Source: Azolla caroliniana (lineage: Eukaryota; Plantae; Polypodiophyta). From it: 64,000 nt of DNA. The DNA lies in assembly GCA_043228905.1 (NCBI GenBank), contig JBHGNT010000014.1, forward strand, positions 3,224,001 to 3,288,000, written 5' to 3'. The notes under the pieces were generated by a model, which was given only the letters and a program-made list of their open reading frames with translations, was not told the origin of the DNA and did no database searches. A program made the translations under genes and the position numbers. The first letter of the stretch is position 1. Every line of letters starts with the position of its first letter. Below are positions 60,189 to 64,000 of the stretch, piece after piece.

Positions 60189-63100
60189 TGTTGAGAAATC
60201 ATTCAGTCAAATCGCAATAAACGAACTGTGGTGAAAATACGAATCACAGATATGCTAGACAAGAAAAGAAAAGGACAAACAGTGGTGCATAGAGATTTAA
60301 CATGGAAACCCTAAAAAAAGGGAGAAAACCACGAGAATAGAACTTCATTATGTATAGTGGATATACAACACAAAATGTTACAACACTCCTTCGAGTGTAT
60401 CAGCCATGCAGGGCTCTTGACGTCTGTTGTTACGCACACACTCACTCTCTTTGTCTCTCATGTTCTCGCGCTACATTTGTCTCTTCTATTCTCTCTTTGT
60501 TCGATAGTCTCGTTTTGCCCTAAGTGTATTTATACTTATCCACTGTATGGGCTATTTACAAATGTAGCCTCTGCTACGTATCATTATTATTATTGCTATA
60601 ATAATAATAGTCGAACTATCAAACAATCGACTCACTGTTTTTGACTCTTCGACTGTCGGCTTTCCGAACAGTCGGATCTTCCTTGTCTTCAACTGTCGGC
60701 ACTCCTTGGTCTGATCAGTCGGCTCCTCGTAGTCATCGACTGTCAACAACTTCTGGACAGTCGGTTCCTCCTCCCACTGGAGGGACATATTCCCAACAAA
60801 CTCCCCCTTCACTCCAGTGGGAGGAAGTCAGACAATCCTGTCTTCTATCGACAGACTTTGAGTCTGTCCATAGGTAGGTTCTTTGTCAACATGTCGGATC
60901 CATTGTCATTTGTATGGATCTTCACTAAGAAAAACTCTCCTTCTTCGACTCTCTCCCGCAACCAATGATACCTTCTTTGTATATGCTTGGTCTGAGAGTG
61001 GTATGCAGCATTCTTGGCAAGATGTATGGCACTCTGGCTGTCACAGTGAAACAATAACTCCCTTTGCTTCATCCCTAATTCAGTGAGAAAACTTCTCATC
61101 CAGATCATCTCTTTGCCGGCCTCTACCGCTGCCATATACTTTGCTTCTGTAGTAAACAAAGCTACAAACTTCTGCAATCGTGACTGCCACGACACTGCTC
61201 CCCCTACATAGGTCATCACGTACCCTGACGTGGATCGGCTCAAGTCAACATCTCCTGACATGTCCGAGTCGGTTAAACCTTCCAGCACAGGTTTTCCGAC
61301 ACCATACCTTAGGCACACCTCTAAGGTGCCCTTTAAGTACCTGAGTATCCACTTCACTGCTACCTAGTGTTCTCTTCATGGATTACTCATATATCGGCTT
61401 ACTGCTCCTACAACCAATGTTATGTCAGGTCTCGTACAGACCATAGCATACATTAGACTGCCGACGGCCGAGGCATATGGTACCTTCCTCATCTCGGCCT
61501 TTTCCTTCTCCCCTTTTGGGCACTGCTTCGCATTCAACCTGCAACTTGTCGGCAACATTGAGCCGACTGGCTTTGCATCTGACATGTTAAATCTCTCTAG
61601 GATCTTCGTCACATACTTCTATTGTGACAACCATAGCACCTTTTGAGTTCTGTCTTGAACTATGTGCATTTCTAAGATCTGTTTAACTGGTCCAAGGTCT
61701 TTCATGGCAAATGATTTGTCGAGAACTTTCTTCAAGCTTCCAATCTTCCTTGTATCTTGACTAACTATCAACATGCCATCGATATATAGCAAGAGAATCA
61801 AGAAGTCTCCTTCTTCGTACCTTTTGATGAACACACAATGATTGGCCTGTGTTTTCTGGAACCGGTTTTCTATCATGAAGGACTCGAACTTCTTGTACCA
61901 TTGGCGTGGAGCTTGTTTCACACTGTACAAGCTTTTCTTCAGTCGACACACTAGATTCTCTTTTCCTTTCTCCTCAAAGCCTTTAGGTTGTTGCATATAG
62001 ATTTCTTCTTCTAGCTGCCCGTGCAGAAATGCGGTTTTGACATCCAACTGTTCGATCTCCAGATCCATACTGGTCGCTATGCTCAGAACAGTTTAGATGG
62101 ATGTCATCTTAACGACTGGTGCGAATATTTTGTCAAAGTCGACGCCCTTCTTCTGTTGGAAACCCTTCACCACTATACGGGCTTTATACCTGGGTTCACT
62201 GTCAGCTTCACCAGTCTTCGCCTTGTAGACCCACTTATTCCTAAGTGCTCTCTTACCTTTCGACAACTCTACTAGGTGGTAGGTGTAGTTCTCGTGCAAG
62301 GATTAAATCTCATCTTGCATCACGCTCAACCATTTCTCTCTGTGCTCATCGGCAATTGCTTCTTTGTAACACTCCAGTTCACCTTCATCAGTCAAGAGGA
62401 TGTATTGACTTGCATATGTAGTTGGTGATTTCCTCTCCCTGAGTGGGTATCTTCTTCCACTCGTTGTTGGCTCTCTTTCGGACGTCTCTACCAACTCTTC
62501 TCTCTGCTCGGGATTCTGCTCATCAATCGGCCTCTCCTAGTTGGGTAATTCCAACTCATATTCATCAATTGACCTTTGCAGCTCTGCCGACTCTGACTCA
62601 TAGTCAGACGGTCTCTCAGAGTCGACCGACTCAGATTCGGCTCTGTCGGCTAGCTATCTCCTTACAGCTGTCGGCGATGACTCACTTGGCCTTAAGTTGA
62701 TGGTAGTCGGGGTTGACTGGGGAGTCGATTCCGACTTCTGTTGCTTCCAATCTTCAATTGTCTTGTCTTCTAGAAAGACTACATCCTGACTTCTCAATAC
62801 CTTCTTGTCGATTAGGTCCCATAGCCTATAGCCGAATTCATCTTCCGAGTATCCCATGAATATGCATGCTTTCGACTTGTTGTCGAGCTTTGACCTTTGA
62901 TCTTTCGGTACATGCATGTACGCCAGACATCCGAACACCCTCAGATGCTGGTAGGAGACATCCTTCCCTGTCCACACCCTCTATGGGACATCACCCTTCA
63001 ATGGTACTGAGGGAGACCTGTTGATAAGATAAATAGTTGTGTACATCGCCTGAGCCCAATAGAATTTCGGTAGTTTTGCATGAGAGAGCATGCTCTTTAC

Positions 63101-64000
63101 TCTCTCCATGATCGTTTGATTCATCCTCTTTGCAAGCTCGTTCAACTATGGGGTCTTTGGCATTGTGTATTTGATCCGAATACCTTGGCTCTTGCAGTAT
63201 TCCTCGAACTGCCCTTTGTACTCGCCACTGTTGACGGTTCGGACAGACTTCAACTTCTGACCCGACTCTCTTTCGGCTCTTGCATGGAACTCCTTGAAAA
63301 CAGACAGTACTTGATCCTTCGACTTCAGTACGAAGGCCCATGTCTGCCGACTATAGTCGTCAATGAACGTTACAAAGTATTGTTCACCTCGATGCGATGG
63401 AGCATCCACATGGCACACATCCGTGTGTACTAGTTCCAGTGGCACTTCACTTCTCCTTAGTGGTCTTGTGTGGAATGCTGCTCTATTCTGCTTTCCGACT
63501 AAGCAGTCGACGCACTTCTCTAGGTGCACTCCCTTGACTTCTAGTAGAAGTTTTTGGTCGGCTAACAGGTGCATCCCCTTCTCACTCATGTGGCCTAGCC
63601 TCTTATGCCATATCTCACCTGCCGAGTCGGCTGCCACATTTACTTCCAATTTGCACATTCGGGCATGCATCATGTACAATGTGCCTTCTTTCTATGCTCG
63701 GGCCACTATAAGAATTCCTCGACAGAACTTCCACTTGCCATTTCGAAAGCTACCACTATAGCCTTCGTCATCTAACCTTCCAGTCAATATCAGATTCAAT
63801 CTGATATCGGGGACGTGTCGAACATCCTTCAGTGTCAGTCAACACCCTATTGACGTCGTTAAGCAAACACTTCTGACTTTGGTTACTCTGCACTCTCCAT
63901 TGTCACCCATCTTTACATAGCCATGATCCCCGGCTATGTAAGTCGAGAAATACTCTCTCGATGGAGTTATGTGGAACGACGCCCCGGAATCAATCACCCA
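60189..64000 (-). mobile_element. Tnt1/Tork-like Ty1/copia E (continues past the window end)
   Basis: 3' LTR 60189-60798, PPT 60801-60815. Decayed pol 64000-60845: WVIDSGASFH, WHKRLGHMSEKG, QLDVKTAFLHG, GGAVSWQSRLQK. Confidence 0.93.

Overview
This is eukaryotic, land-plant DNA, probably a non-seed plant such as a fern (inferred from the transposon lineages present). About 75% of it is nested LTR retrotransposons. A decayed hAT transposase (45855-46877, -) was interrupted by Ty1/copia element C (6761-45854, -). C was then split by two tRNA-Trp-primed Ty3/gypsy elements, A2 (7542-24962, +) and B (25705-41332, -). A2 carries a Tnt1-like copia (D), a solo LTR and a Tcn1-like chromovirus. B carries an Athila/Phygy/Selgy-like gypsy with a large extra 3' ORF, and a gag-only non-autonomous element. 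An RTEX-like LINE fragment sits in a (GA)n tract of C's LTR. The only host gene is an intact 3-exon WAKL14-like receptor kinase (51201-53677, -), followed by minisatellites and more LTR elements. Three signals stand out. (1) Five different gypsy LTR families from two distant lineages each carry an antisense tRNA-like A-box/B-box module in U3. (2) The Trp-primed gypsy lineage makes 4-bp target-site duplications that appear centred on CpG. (3) The same lineage has a conserved G-GAT-TTT-TAG -1 frameshift signal placed after the protease. All calls are from reading the sequence by eye; no searches or folding programs were run.
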